A stretch of 64,000 bases of DNA from an uncultured Anaerolineales bacterium (lineage in GTDB: Bacteria > Chloroflexota > Anaerolineae > Anaerolineales > UBA11858): assembly GCA_964448865.1 (NCBI GenBank), contig CAYUXO010000001.1, forward strand, positions 4,747 to 68,746. Reading direction: 5' to 3'. Below, in pieces: positions 1-10,049 of the stretch. The notes under the pieces were generated by a model that did not search any database, was not told where the DNA came from, and saw only the letters and a list, made by a program, of their open reading frames with translations. A program made the position numbers and the translations under genes. How positions within the stretch are numbered: position 1 is the first letter of the stretch; every line of letters begins with the position of its first letter.

Positions 1-75
1 AGTATTGAAGAAGTGCTGGAAGCTGCTTTATCAGCGAAAAAACCAGCCCCCCGGAAGAAAAAACCTTCCAAATGA
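1..75 (+). CDS. 3' end of an upstream CDS (last 24 aa, ...SIEEVLEAALSAKKPAPRKKKPSK*); product not assignable
   Basis: The frame is open from the window edge to TGA at 73-75. It is too short for a family call. Confidence 0.3.
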   Translation, partial: SIEEVLEAALSAKKPAPRKKKPSK

Positions 76-409
76 TTTATGTCAAGCTGCCATCTAGTCA
101 GAATATGACTTTATTTGCCGGGTACTATTGTATTAAGTTGCGTTGAGGAACAACCAATATCAGAGATCAGATATTAACTACCAGGAAATACAGGCAGAAT
201 TAAGAGTTCCATTATTTCTCCCACCAGGAGACCTTCTGCCAAGGAAATCGAATATTGATCCTGGCCCAAGATAGATCTTTTGTTCCCTCCGTGATAATTA
301 ATTATGCAGTGAATATATCAAATGTTTGACCCTTCCAGTATTAAACAGGATGATGGTCAGGCTAGTCAGGGTGTTTCCTGATATCTATTCCTGTAATCGT
401 GAGGATATT

Positions 410-2161
410 GTGGCAACAAAAAATAATCGTACCGGTCTAACCTGGTACACCATGGATTTACATTTACATACCCCTGCATCTGAAGATTATCTTCAGCCGG
501 AAATTGGATATCTGGATATCTTGAGAGAAGCTGCCAAAAAAGGCCTGGATATTATCGCCTTTACAGATCACAACACAGTCGCGGGATACCGCCGGATGCA
601 GGAAGAAATAGACCAGTTGAAATTACTCCAGAAGCTTAATCGCCTGCATCCTGAGGAAGAATCCCGGTTAAATGAATACGGTAAACTTCTTCAACGGGTT
701 CTGGTTTTGCCGGCATTTGAGTTCACAGCAACTTTTGGATTTCATATCCTGGCCATATTCCCGTATGACAAACCGGTCAGGGATATAGAACATCTTTTGC
801 TGGAATTAAATATACCCTCAGAGAAATTGGATGAAGGTTCGGTAACTGTTGGAGCAAGTGTTGATGTGTTGACTGCCTACAAAGCCATTCAGGAAGCTGG
901 AGGGATGGCAATCGCAGCCCATGCTAATTCCAATAATGGAGTGGCCATGCGCCGCTTCCCATTTGGGGGACAAACAAAAATCGCCTATACCCAGGACCTC
1001 AACCTGGCTGCACTGGAAGTAACTGATCTGGAGAAGAAAGGCCGCCATTCTACTGCATCCTTCTTCAGCGGGAACAAACCTGAATATCCCCGGCGTATGC
1101 ACTGCATCCAGGGATCAGACGCCCACCTTCTAGTCAAGAAAATCAAATTCCAAAACAAACTGGGAGTAGGGGACCGAACAACTGATGTCCGGCTTCCGGA
1201 TAAGAGCTTCCAGGCTATCCAGGATCTTTTCGCAAGCAATAACTTTTCGAGAACCCAGCCCCATCAGCTCGGCTCTCAACCAGCTTATGATTTTATTCGA
1301 GACGCCAGGCAGGAAGGGGCAACCTTCATGCAGGACTTCCACGAGAAGATCACTATCCGTGGTGGGAATTTATACTCGATCATCGCTGATGTCTGCGCAT
1401 TTGCCAACTCAAATGGCGGCACGCTCTACCTGGGAATTTCCAGTGATCCCGGCAAGAAATTTGAAGGAATCCCGCGTCCCAAACAGGGCGTTGAAAAACT
1501 GCAAGAGGAAATTAGTAAACGCATCAGTCCTGAACTGGAATGTAAATTTGAGGTCCAGGAAACTGAAGGTAAAAAAGTCATCCAGGTGATGATTCCCAAA
1601 GGTGTCGACCCACCCTATGCCGTGGATGATAACAAGATCTATCTGCGTACTGAAACAGAAACCGGGATGGCTGTGCGGGATGAGATTGTGGAAATGGTGC
1701 TGCAGGGAGAAAAGAAGAAAGGTCCAAGTCCTGCGGAAATCCATGCTGAACCGCTGCCCATCCCGGGGTCAAAGGATGTTTCCCAGATGGTTGCACCTGA
1801 AGGTGATCAGCCGGCTGATCTGGGTCCACCCAAAACAGGTGTGGAGGTTGTTTCTGTTAATACCAGGGGTGGGCAGGACTATTACACCGTTCGGGATCTG
1901 CGGAATGACAGTGTAGTTAAGAACGTGACATTAAAATCTTCCCGCCGGTTGTGGCATTATGCTATCTCTCAGTATGCTAAACTTCCTAAAAAAATCGATA
2001 CCCTTAAGGTTTCCTGGCAGGGTGATCTGGGTATGGTCACCAGAAAGAAAAGGGGCAACTACACCAGTTATGACCTGATCCAGCGGACCAAGGACGGGTA
2101 CCGTCATTATTACGGAGTGACAGATGATGGTATCCATGGCAGCTGGGAAGGTTTGATCTAA
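410..2161 (+). CDS. PHP-domain phosphoesterase fused to an AlbA_2/Schlafen-like domain and an uncharacterised C-terminal domain
   Basis: ORF 326..2161. PHP metal-ligand motifs are [27 protein letters not shown] and GSDAH. The AlbA_2-like core is [18 protein letters not shown]...[16 protein letters not shown] at 410 follows GAGGA (401-405) and is preferred over TTG 326. ATG 453 is also possible. Confidence 0.7.
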   Translation: MATKNNRTGLTWYTMDLHLHTPASEDYLQPEIGYLDILREAAKKGLDIIAFTDHNTVAGYRRMQEEIDQLKLLQKLNRLHPEEESRLNEYGKLLQRVLVLPAFEFTATFGFHILAIFPYDKPVRDIEHLLLELNIPSEKLDEGSVTVGASVDVLTAYKAIQEAGGMAIAAHANSNNGVAMRRFPFGGQTKIAYTQDLNLAALEVTDLEKKGRHSTASFFSGNKPEYPRRMHCIQGSDAHLLVKKIKFQNKLGVGDRTTDVRLPDKSFQAIQDLFASNNFSRTQPHQLGSQPAYDFIRDARQEGATFMQDFHEKITIRGGNLYSIIADVCAFANSNGGTLYLGISSDPGKKFEGIPRPKQGVEKLQEEISKRISPELECKFEVQETEGKKVIQVMIPKGVDPPYAVDDNKIYLRTETETGMAVRDEIVEMVLQGEKKKGPSPAEIHAEPLPIPGSKDVSQMVAPEGDQPADLGPPKTGVEVVSVNTRGGQDYYTVRDLRNDSVVKNVTLKSSRRLWHYAISQYAKLPKKIDTLKVSWQGDLGMVTRKKRGNYTSYDLIQRTKDGYRHYYGVTDDGIHGSWEGLI

Positions 2162-2173
2162 TAGAGTTGGTAT

Positions 2174-2686
2174 ATGATCCTTAGATTTGCTGTATTGACT
2201 GTTTCGGACAGGTCAGCAGCTGGTACCCGGGAAGACACTTCCGGCCCGGCTCTGGTTGGAGCTATAAAAAACGCTGGATGGGTAGTTACCCAGACAGCTA
2301 TTGTCCCTGATGATATTGAGGCGATCGGGAAACTGTTGACAGATTGGTCCGATAGTGGAGAAAACCAGGTGATCCTGACTACCGGGGGTACGGGTTTTTC
2401 TCCCAGGGATGTCACCCCGGAAGCAACCAGGCGTGTAATTGATCGTCCTGCGCCAGGCCTGGCAGAAGCCATGCGAGCTGGCAGCTTAACAATCACTCCC
2501 CATGCCATGTTATCCCGGGCTGAAGCCGGCATCAGGAAGACGACTTTGATAGTTAATCTTCCAGGCAGTCCCAAAGGGGCTCTTGAAAATTTCCGTATCA
2601 TAGCCCCGGTTCTTACCCATGCCATACAATTACTTGAAAATGACAGCCAGGCTGAGACGAGCCATCAGCGTCCCCTGGCAGCTTGA
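2174..2686 (+). CDS. mog: MogA/MoaB-family molybdopterin adenylyltransferase (molybdenum cofactor biosynthesis)
   Basis: 170 aa. Motifs are AVLTVSDRSAAGTREDTSGPAL and ILTTGGTGFSPRDVTPEAT, typical of the Mog/MoaB fold. Confidence 0.75.
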   Translation: MILRFAVLTVSDRSAAGTREDTSGPALVGAIKNAGWVVTQTAIVPDDIEAIGKLLTDWSDSGENQVILTTGGTGFSPRDVTPEATRRVIDRPAPGLAEAMRAGSLTITPHAMLSRAEAGIRKTTLIVNLPGSPKGALENFRIIAPVLTHAIQLLENDSQAETSHQRPLAA

Positions 2687-2715
2687 GTGGAGCTTATATC
2701 AAGAGGAGAAAAAAT

Positions 2716-4080
2716 ATGAAACGTTCTCTATGGATCGCCACCTTATTCATAATAATCGGACTACTTTTCGCTGCCTGTGCCAGCCAGCCTGAGCCCGTAG
2801 TGGAAACTGAAGTACCTGATGCGAATAACCCCATGTCAGCCATACAGACATTAACTGCATCAACCACGCTGGTTCCGCCAACTCCTGTTGGTGGGGTTGT
2901 GGTTGAAGGACCGGATGACTATGTTGGAATAGTCAGACAGGCCTGGAGCATTATAAATGCGGAATATGTACGGGATAATTATAATGGCGCTGATTGGCCA
3001 GCTATTTATGATGAATATGTAGGTTTAGCAGAAGATATAACTTCATCAGAAGATCTGTGGGTGTTATTGGCTGATTTGGTTTCCGAATTAAATGATGATC
3101 ACAGTCGTTTTGTGCCGCCGGAAAGGATGGGCGCAGAATTCAGTATTGAGACCAAAGATGACCCTGAACCAAGACCTGCCACTGGAATAGTGGTTTGGCC
3201 AGGTCCTGGTCGGGAAGATGAATATCTAACTATTTGGGATGTTTGTGAACTCAGCTCAGCTGCGTCTGCTGGTCTAACCCGGGGAGACATAATATTGGCT
3301 GTGGATGGAGTAGCGGTTGAAAAAATTGATGGTGAATTTCCAAGAGACGTCCGTATTGCTTCAATATTTGGGACAGATGGAAATTCTGTCAGTTTGACAG
3401 TGTGGCAGGGACCAGATCAGGACCCTGTAGATATAAACTTGCCATTAGGTGGTGTCGGGAATTGCCCCTACAGATATTTTTACGTGGTGAATGAAAATCC
3501 ACGCATTGCATATATCAGGGTGCCGGACTTTGATGGTGATACCGAATCATATCTCTTGAAAACCCTTGCAGAATTAGAAGAAGAGGGGGATCTGGATGGT
3601 TTGATCGTGGATGTTCGTCATAACCCCGGCGGAAATTCAGATGCGTCAACAGAAGTATTTGCTGAAGGCATAGTTGGCACAGAGGGGCCTTTCAGGGAAG
3701 GTGAGCAGAGGACAATTTACCGGATGCGTGGTCCGGTGGGTTGGAATGACATTACCCCGCTGGTTGTGCTAACAGATGGCGCCAGTCACAGCGCGGCTGA
3801 TTATTTTCCGGCATCTTTGAAGGAGCTGGAGCGAGCTACCATTGTAGGTATGAACTCAGCTGGCAACACAGAGGGCATCACCAGTTGGCTTCTGGCAGAC
3901 GGCACTTTGATACGATTGGCTGTCACAACCCTGGCGTTGAATGATGGTACTGTATTGGAAGGAATTGGTGTAACGCCCGACGTGATCGTTCCCCTGGGAA
4001 CCTGGGGGCTGAAGGCAAAACCCTATGATACCCAGATCCAGGCAGCCATTGATACATTGCTGGATATGATCGGAGAATAA
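2716..4080 (+). CDS. S41-family (C-terminal processing / tail-specific) peptidase, predicted lipoprotein
   Basis: ORF 2683..4080. ATG 2716 follows AGGAG. The signal peptide plus lipobox is MKRSLWIATLFIIIGLLFAAC. LIVDVRHNPGGN and LTDGASHSAADYF are S41 catalytic-region motifs. Confidence 0.75.
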   Translation: MKRSLWIATLFIIIGLLFAACASQPEPVVETEVPDANNPMSAIQTLTASTTLVPPTPVGGVVVEGPDDYVGIVRQAWSIINAEYVRDNYNGADWPAIYDEYVGLAEDITSSEDLWVLLADLVSELNDDHSRFVPPERMGAEFSIETKDDPEPRPATGIVVWPGPGREDEYLTIWDVCELSSAASAGLTRGDIILAVDGVAVEKIDGEFPRDVRIASIFGTDGNSVSLTVWQGPDQDPVDINLPLGGVGNCPYRYFYVVNENPRIAYIRVPDFDGDTESYLLKTLAELEEEGDLDGLIVDVRHNPGGNSDASTEVFAEGIVGTEGPFREGEQRTIYRMRGPVGWNDITPLVVLTDGASHSAADYFPASLKELERATIVGMNSAGNTEGITSWLLADGTLIRLAVTTLALNDGTVLEGIGVTPDVIVPLGTWGLKAKPYDTQIQAAIDTLLDMIGE

Positions 4081-4096
4081 TTAGGACAATAAGTAG

Positions 4097-4127
4097 AAAA
4101 AAACCGCCTGTTATCAGGCGGTTTTTA
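4097..4127. terminator. Bidirectional rho-independent terminator between convergent genes
   Basis: aaaaaaaCCGCCTGttatCAGGCGGttttt. The GC-rich stem has an A-run on one side and a T-run on the other. Confidence 0.8.
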
Positions 4128-4138
4128 GTTAATCATAA

Positions 4139-4224
4139 GGATGCGGGATCCTGCAGGAAATCCTGTAAACACCTATTAGAATTGAGAATGCAGGATTCAC
4201 TATCACCCAGAGGATCCCGCATCC
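4139..4224. repeat. REPIN-like inverted doublet of the 13-nt motif GGATGCGGGATCC
   Basis: GGATGCGGGATCC at 4139-4151 and its exact reverse complement GGATCCCGCATCC at 4212-4224. It lies in the convergent intergenic gap. The same core motif flanks the RAYT-like genes at 58.1-58.8 kb. Confidence 0.75.
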
Positions 4225-4242
4225 TCTTTATTAATTCAGTCC

Positions 4243-5406
4243 TCACCCGATCTTCAGCGTTCCTTCTTCAAAGAGCTTACGGGCGATTACCAGGCGCTGG
4301 ATCTCACTTGTGCCTTCCCCGATGGTCATTAATCTGGCAGCTTTATACATGGCTTCAACAGGATATTCGCGGCTGTAACCGTAGGCGCCATGAATCTGGA
4401 TGGCGCTGTAGGCAGCCTTTTCTGCCATTTCAGTAGCAAACAGTTTGGCTATCGCGCCGGCCTGGGTATAGGGTTTTCCTTGATCTTTCAACCAGGCGGC
4501 ATAATACACCATTAATCGAGCGGCATGAATATCTGCGGCTGCATCGGCAACCATCCATTGGATGGCCTGGTGTTCCTTTAATACCTTTCCGAAGGTTTCC
4601 CGTTCCTTGGCATATTTGATCCCCTCATCCAGGGCTGCCTGGGCAATTCCCACTGATAATGCCCCCACAGCGATCCTTCCTCCATCCAGGATCTTCAAAG
4701 TTTGCCCCAATCCCTCGCCTTCATTTCCCAGCAAGTTCCCTTGAGGGACCACGACATTATCATATCTGACCTCATGGCTGTGGGTCCCACCAGCGCCCAT
4801 TTTCTTTTCAGGAGGCGCGATGGATAAACCTTCTGAATTTGTGGGAACGATTATTAAACTCATCCCGTGTGATTTGGAATCCGGGTCGGTTTTTATCAGC
4901 GTAACAATAAAATCAGCTTCGCTGGCATTGGTAATCCAGGATTTCGATCCCTGAATCACCCAATCATCCCCTTGTTTTTTGGCTTTGGTTTGAATACCCC
5001 GCAAATCCGATCCAGCCTGAGGTTCTGTTAATGCCAGTGAGGTCAATTTGCCATCACCACTTACGACAGGAGGTAGAAATTGTTCTTTTTGCTCTGCGGT
5101 TCCAAACAATGATACTGCAGCGCAGCCAAGTTCATTATGAGCTTCGATTGTCAGTGCTGTGCCCCCATCTCCCCAGGCTAACTCTTCTATCGCTATGGCA
5201 ATACTGATTGGATCCAGGTCCGATCCTCCGTAACCCTCTTCAACACACATTCCCAGCAATCCGATTGGACCCATTTTCTTGATCAGGGAACCAGGAATTT
5301 GTTCTTTTTCATTTATTTCCTGAGCCAGGGGCTTAAGTTCCCTGGCAACAAAATCATGGACAGCTTTCCGCCATAATCTTTGTTCCTCAGATAGATGGAA
5401 ATCCAT
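4243..5406 (-). CDS. Acyl-CoA dehydrogenase (short/medium-chain, butyryl-CoA dehydrogenase-like)
   Basis: 387 aa. Motifs are LTEPQAGSDL, QGSKSWITNA and IYEGTSEIQRLVIAR-like GEGTSEIQRLVIARKL, giving the ACAD fold end to end. Confidence 0.85.
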   Translation of the reverse strand: MDFHLSEEQRLWRKAVHDFVARELKPLAQEINEKEQIPGSLIKKMGPIGLLGMCVEEGYGGSDLDPISIAIAIEELAWGDGGTALTIEAHNELGCAAVSLFGTAEQKEQFLPPVVSGDGKLTSLALTEPQAGSDLRGIQTKAKKQGDDWVIQGSKSWITNASEADFIVTLIKTDPDSKSHGMSLIIVPTNSEGLSIAPPEKKMGAGGTHSHEVRYDNVVVPQGNLLGNEGEGLGQTLKILDGGRIAVGALSVGIAQAALDEGIKYAKERETFGKVLKEHQAIQWMVADAAADIHAARLMVYYAAWLKDQGKPYTQAGAIAKLFATEMAEKAAYSAIQIHGAYGYSREYPVEAMYKAARLMTIGEGTSEIQRLVIARKLFEEGTLKIG

Positions 5407-5594
5407 GGTGTTCTCCTTTAATATTTTGTTTGCGGATGGAGATTATCCCGGATTACAGTTTCAGGGACCTGTCTTAATTCTATACGGAACTGGCTCTATA
5501 AGCAATTATATTCTTTAATCAGGTGAGAAGGCACAGCTCATTCCCTCTGGTAGAATTTAGGCAGAGAAAAATTAACTTGGAGAAATAGTCCATT

Positions 5595-6416
5595 ATGAAT
5601 AAACCAGTGGTTCTGATCACAGGTGCATCATCGGGGATTGGAGCAAACACAGCGCTTACCCTGGGAAAAAAAGGATACCGAGTTGTCCTGGCTGCCAGGC
5701 GCAAGGACCGCCTGGATGGGATAGTTGATCAAATTCGGGGTGGTGGTGGAGAAGCTATTTCGGTTCAATTGGATATGTCGCAGTTGGAACAGATAAAAAA
5801 TATCGTGACAATGATTTGGCAGGAATACGGGGCAGTAAATATTCTGGTGAATTGTGCAGGGTCAGCCCGGCATTTATGGCTGGATGAACAATCCCTGGAG
5901 TCGGATATTCAAATGCAAATCCAGGTGAATTTAATTGGAATGATCCAATTAACCCGGGCTGTTCTGCCGGACATGTTGGCTGCAGGAGCTGGGCAAATCA
6001 TACATGTTTCCTCGATTGCTTCATGGATAGGGATCCCAACTTATTCGATTTACAACGCAAACAAATTCGGTTCCAGGGGATTTTTTGAGGGACTCAGAAG
6101 AGAACTGCGGGGAACAGGGGTGATCGTATCGGAAGTTTTCCCTGGTGCTGTAGATACGGAATTTGCCCAGGATCCAGATCTAGCCTGGAAAACGACAACT
6201 GTAACGCCCCAATTTGCGTTGTTAAGTACCCAGGCAGTTGCCGATAAGATTTTCCAGATGATCCAGAAAAAGAAAACCAGATCAGTCATTCCTGGAATAA
6301 TGTGGCCGGCTATTTGGGCAAATGCGTTTTTTCCTGGCTTTGTCAGCTGGATATTATCAAAGTATTTTTATACTAAAAATGGGAAAAGATATTCCTGGCG
6401 GGAAAGCAGAGATTAA
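5595..6416 (+). CDS. Short-chain dehydrogenase/reductase (SDR) family oxidoreductase
   Basis: The cofactor motif is TGASSGIGANTA. NCAG and the YSIYNANK (YxxxK) catalytic motif are present. The C-terminal tail is hydrophobic. Confidence 0.85.
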   Translation: MNKPVVLITGASSGIGANTALTLGKKGYRVVLAARRKDRLDGIVDQIRGGGGEAISVQLDMSQLEQIKNIVTMIWQEYGAVNILVNCAGSARHLWLDEQSLESDIQMQIQVNLIGMIQLTRAVLPDMLAAGAGQIIHVSSIASWIGIPTYSIYNANKFGSRGFFEGLRRELRGTGVIVSEVFPGAVDTEFAQDPDLAWKTTTVTPQFALLSTQAVADKIFQMIQKKKTRSVIPGIMWPAIWANAFFPGFVSWILSKYFYTKNGKRYSWRESRD

Positions 6417-6439
6417 AAAACAGCCCATTGGGCTGTCTT
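6415..6439. terminator. Bidirectional hairpin terminator between convergent genes
   Basis: aaaaaACAGCCCAtTGGGCTGTctt sits directly after the SDR stop codon. Confidence 0.6.
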
Positions 6440-6461
6440 AATATGGGAATGATTCCATTAA

Positions 6462-6950
6462 TTAATCTTCAGTTACCCCTTCAGCAGGTGGTCCTTCAGG
6501 TATTTTCTGTTCTTCTTCCAGGATATAAATGCCATTTCTGACCTGGTTTAACACTCTTTCTAAAGCAATTTCCAGATTTGTCAGAGTTTCGGCAACGTAC
6601 TCATCAGCGTCGCTCTGGGTCTTTTTAGCTTTCAGTTCAGCTTCTAACTCGATTTGAGAGGCTTTTTTCTTGGATTCCTGGACAATACTATCGCGATCAG
6701 ATAGTTTTTCGCTCTTTTCCTTAGCAATGTTCAAAGTTCTGTTTGCTTCTTCTTTTGCCTGGGCCATCACCCGGTCTTTCTGAGACAAAATCTGCTGCGA
6801 TTTTTTTACTTCTTCAGGTATAGCGACACGCATCTGGTCAATTAGATCCAGCATTCTATCTTCATCAACAATAACATTATGGGTAAAAGGAATGGAACGG
6901 CTGTGATTAATCAATTCTTCCAATCGATCCACAAGATGTAGAATGTCCAT
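6462..6950 (-). CDS. Coiled-coil protein of unknown function (ATP-synthase-b/DivIVA-like charged helix)
   Basis: 162 aa. It has long K/E-rich heptad-like stretches (KEEANRTLNIAKEKSEKL...ELEAELKAKK). No catalytic motif was recognised. Confidence 0.4.
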   Translation of the reverse strand: MDILHLVDRLEELINHSRSIPFTHNVIVDEDRMLDLIDQMRVAIPEEVKKSQQILSQKDRVMAQAKEEANRTLNIAKEKSEKLSDRDSIVQESKKKASQIELEAELKAKKTQSDADEYVAETLTNLEIALERVLNQVRNGIYILEEEQKIPEGPPAEGVTED

Positions 6951-7001
6951 GCTGATTCCTCCAGAAGAAGTATCAACTAGTATAACATGATTTGGATTTT
7001 C

Positions 7002-7523
7002 TCAATCTCTCAGTGAGGTGTGGGGGACGATATTCTGATCACTGCCAAGTTCTTCAAATCGTTCCTTCAAGGCTTTCTCAACCATCGCCGGCACCATTGA
7101 ACTCACATCTCCACCCAGGGCTGCAATTTCGCGGACTGTGGATCCACTTAAAAAAGTATGGTCCTTGTTGGTTATCAGCGCTACTACTTCAATATCAGGT
7201 GCGAGGCTGTGATTTGCAAGAGCCATTCTGAATTCATATTCAAAATCCGAAAACACCCTCAATCCTCGTACAATTACCTGGGCGTCTATTTTATGGCAGA
7301 AGTCAACTGTCAGACCGCTGTAGCCCATTACTTTTATATTAGGGGTTGTTAAGACTTGCTCGGCCAGGGAAATTCTTGTTTCTGGTGGAAACAATAATTT
7401 TTTCAACGGTTGATCATATACAGCTACGATAACCTCATCAAACATGCGAGATGCCCGTTGGGCGATATCAATATGGCCAAAATGGATTGGATCAAAAGTA
7501 CCCGGGAAAACTGCTCTTATCAT
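7002..7523 (-). CDS. coaD: Phosphopantetheine adenylyltransferase
   Basis: The N-terminus AVFPGTFDPIHFGHIDI carries the nucleotidyltransferase HxGH motif. GLRVFSDFEYE and ISGSTVRE-like motifs are present. Confidence 0.9.
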   Translation of the reverse strand: MIRAVFPGTFDPIHFGHIDIAQRASRMFDEVIVAVYDQPLKKLLFPPETRISLAEQVLTTPNIKVMGYSGLTVDFCHKIDAQVIVRGLRVFSDFEYEFRMALANHSLAPDIEVVALITNKDHTFLSGSTVREIAALGGDVSSMVPAMVEKALKERFEELGSDQNIVPHTSLRD

Positions 7524-7556
7524 GAATCGCTCCTCAGCATATTGATCATCTGATCC

Positions 7557-10043
7557 CTAACTGATATCACCTGTATTTTTTCTGCCCCAGAATTGCTCCA
7601 CAGCAGCTTTTAACTGTTGATGATTCTCCTGGTTGAGTTCAGGATCATCCTGGAATAAAGCGGTGGCTTCTCCGCGGGCTTTCTCAACCAGCTCAAGGTC
7701 TGTGATGCTTGCTAATTTAAGTTCAGTATAGCCTGATTGGCGTGTGCCCAGGAATTGTCCAGGACCCCTGATCTCCAGATCCTTTTCAGCGAGAGCAAAA
7801 CCATCATTGGTGTTGGCCATTGCCATCAATCGTTGATTTTCAATATCATCCGCTGATCCTGGGATCAGGATGCAGTAGGATTTTTGGTTACCGCGACCAA
7901 CCCGGCCCCGGAGTTGGTGCAGCTGTGCCAGGCCGAAGCGGTGGGCTCCTTCGACCAGCATCACGGTAGCATCTGGAATATCCACCCCAACTTCAACCAC
8001 TGTTGTTGAAACCAGGATCTGGATCTCTTTATTCCTGAATTGGGTCATGATCTTTTCTTTGTCATCAGCTTTCATCTGACCGTGCAGCAATCCCACTTTA
8101 TAGTTGGTAAATACTTCTTTCTCCAATCGGCTGAATTCTTCAACAGCTGCTTTTCCATCGACCTTCTCACTTTCTTCAACCAGGGGATAAATGATAAAAG
8201 ACTGATTGCCGAGATCTGCTTGACGGCGCAGTAGACTATATGCCCGCTCAATTTCACGGGGATATAAAACGTGGGTTTCAACCGGCAATCTGCCTGGCGG
8301 CATTTCATCAATGATTGATAATTCCAAATCTCCATATAAGGTTAAAGCCAGCGAACGAGGAATAGGTGTCGCTGTCATAACGAGCAGGTGGGGGTTGTCG
8401 CCTTTTTCGCGCATTTTTGCCCTTTGCTGCACGCCAAATTTATGCTGCTCATCAATGATAGCCAGTCGAAGTTTTTGGAATTCAATGGGATCTTGCAGCA
8501 GGGCGTGGGTACCGACAATCAGTTTGATATCGCCATTTTTAAGCCCCTGCCGGATGATCTTTTTCTCATTTTCGGGGGTCCCGCCAATCAATAATTGGAT
8601 CTGATCTTCCTTTAACCCTCCCCCACTGAAAGAGAGCAGTTGCTTTAGACTCTGAAAGTGCTGTTCAGCAAGGATGCTGGTGGGAGCGAGGAAAGCTGCC
8701 TGTGCTCCGCCCTGGATTACGATCAGGCAAGCCAGGGCAGCGATAACTGTTTTGCCTGATCCAACATCACCTTGTAATAGACGATTCATCGGTGATCCGG
8801 ACCGAAGATCTTCCCGGATCTGGTTGAGAGCATTAATCTGGGCTGAAGTCAGCTGGAAAGGTAGTTTTTTTAGTCTGATCTGGAGCCAATCCTCCGAGCT
8901 TTCAAACACCTCACCTGGCCGGCTCTCCCAATGTTTCTTTTGATTAAGAACTCCCATTTGCAGCAGGAAAAGCTCATCAAATGCCAGGCGTTTTTTTGCC
9001 TGGTGGAGAGATTGTTCCGTATCAGGAAAATGAATCTCGCGGATGGCATCAGTGAGTCGCGGCAGTGAGTTCTTTTTGAGTATATTCTCTGGCAGGGGAT
9101 CGTCCAGGGATGAGGCGTATTGACCTACAGTATCATGGATGACCCGTCGGAGCCATTTCTGGGTGATATCACGGGTCAGGGGATATACCGGCACAATCCG
9201 GTTAGTGTGCAGTTGTTTTTTACTTAAAGGTTCCCACTCAGGATTGTTCAGGACAAGTTTTCCGAGGTATTGTTCAATCACGCCGCTCAGAACAACCTGT
9301 TTTGCACTGTTGAGTTGTCCTTCTATCCAGGGTTGATTAAACCAGGTTGCCCGAATTGCACCGCTTTTATCAGAGATCAGAGCTTCCACCAATTTCATCT
9401 TTCCGCTGCGGACACTCCTGGTGATCACGTTTTCGACTGTGCCTATGATAGTGACATCTTCGCCAAACCAGAGACTGCCAATTGATTTTAAACTTGAATA
9501 ATCATCATGGCGTCTGGGAAATGTATACAATAGATCCCGCACTGTTGTTATACCCATCCTTGCCAGAGCAGATTCCTTTTTAGAACCAATGCCCTTGATA
9601 CTGGTGATGGGCGTTGCAAGATCTAATTTCTTTTCGGGTGCTGGTGCGGGTTTTATTACAACAACCGGTTCGGGTGAATCAGGAGAAGTTTTCTTATCAA
9701 CCGGAGCTGGGGTTCTTTCTTCCCGGGGTGGTTCTGGTTTGGGTTGACTACTCGGAGCGGGTATCTCAATCTCCGGGATCGACTTCCCACCCAGATCCTT
9801 TTTACCTACCCGCTGCCAGATGCCCTTTAAAGCAACCTCGCGGGATTCTTCACTCAGGCGATGGTAATCCCTTAATCTGCTGATTACTGCCTGAATGACC
9901 TGTTCAGGTAATTGATTCTCTCTGGCTTCTAATTCCCAGTCAGAGAGGATATTCGCCAATCCCCCCAATACCGCTTTGTTGTCATACCCCCGTTCTGCTT
10001 CTAACCGGAAGAATTTTCTTAGTTTTTGTATTGATGGTTTCAT
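7557..10043 (-). CDS. recG: ATP-dependent DNA helicase RecG with a ~150-aa N-terminal extension
   Basis: Helicase motifs are GDVGSGKT, DEQHKFG, MTATPIPR, VEGAHRFGLAQLHQLRGRVGRG and TRRHDD-like FPRRHDD. The wedge/OB region is present. The N-terminus has a Pro-rich linker. Confidence 0.9.
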   Translation of the reverse strand: MKPSIQKLRKFFRLEAERGYDNKAVLGGLANILSDWELEARENQLPEQVIQAVISRLRDYHRLSEESREVALKGIWQRVGKKDLGGKSIPEIEIPAPSSQPKPEPPREERTPAPVDKKTSPDSPEPVVVIKPAPAPEKKLDLATPITSIKGIGSKKESALARMGITTVRDLLYTFPRRHDDYSSLKSIGSLWFGEDVTIIGTVENVITRSVRSGKMKLVEALISDKSGAIRATWFNQPWIEGQLNSAKQVVLSGVIEQYLGKLVLNNPEWEPLSKKQLHTNRIVPVYPLTRDITQKWLRRVIHDTVGQYASSLDDPLPENILKKNSLPRLTDAIREIHFPDTEQSLHQAKKRLAFDELFLLQMGVLNQKKHWESRPGEVFESSEDWLQIRLKKLPFQLTSAQINALNQIREDLRSGSPMNRLLQGDVGSGKTVIAALACLIVIQGGAQAAFLAPTSILAEQHFQSLKQLLSFSGGGLKEDQIQLLIGGTPENEKKIIRQGLKNGDIKLIVGTHALLQDPIEFQKLRLAIIDEQHKFGVQQRAKMREKGDNPHLLVMTATPIPRSLALTLYGDLELSIIDEMPPGRLPVETHVLYPREIERAYSLLRRQADLGNQSFIIYPLVEESEKVDGKAAVEEFSRLEKEVFTNYKVGLLHGQMKADDKEKIMTQFRNKEIQILVSTTVVEVGVDIPDATVMLVEGAHRFGLAQLHQLRGRVGRGNQKSYCILIPGSADDIENQRLMAMANTNDGFALAEKDLEIRGPGQFLGTRQSGYTELKLASITDLELVEKARGEATALFQDDPELNQENHQQLKAAVEQFWGRKNTGDIS

Positions 10044-10049
10044 TGAAGA

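Noticed and set aside
2158-2625. A 155-aa minus-strand ORF antisense to mog. Similar long antisense ORFs occur at 11124..11699, 35880..36395, 41620..42342, 44389..44919 and 53390..53827.
   Set aside because: All lie entirely inside plus- or minus-strand CDSs that have strong family motifs. Their translations are low-complexity or Ser/Pro/Arg-rich shadow frames with no recognisable motifs.
4182-4436. An 84-aa plus-strand ORF spans the REP doublet and the 3' end of the acyl-CoA dehydrogenase gene.
   Set aside because: It begins inside the repeat and runs antisense to a well-supported CDS. It has no SD or motif support.
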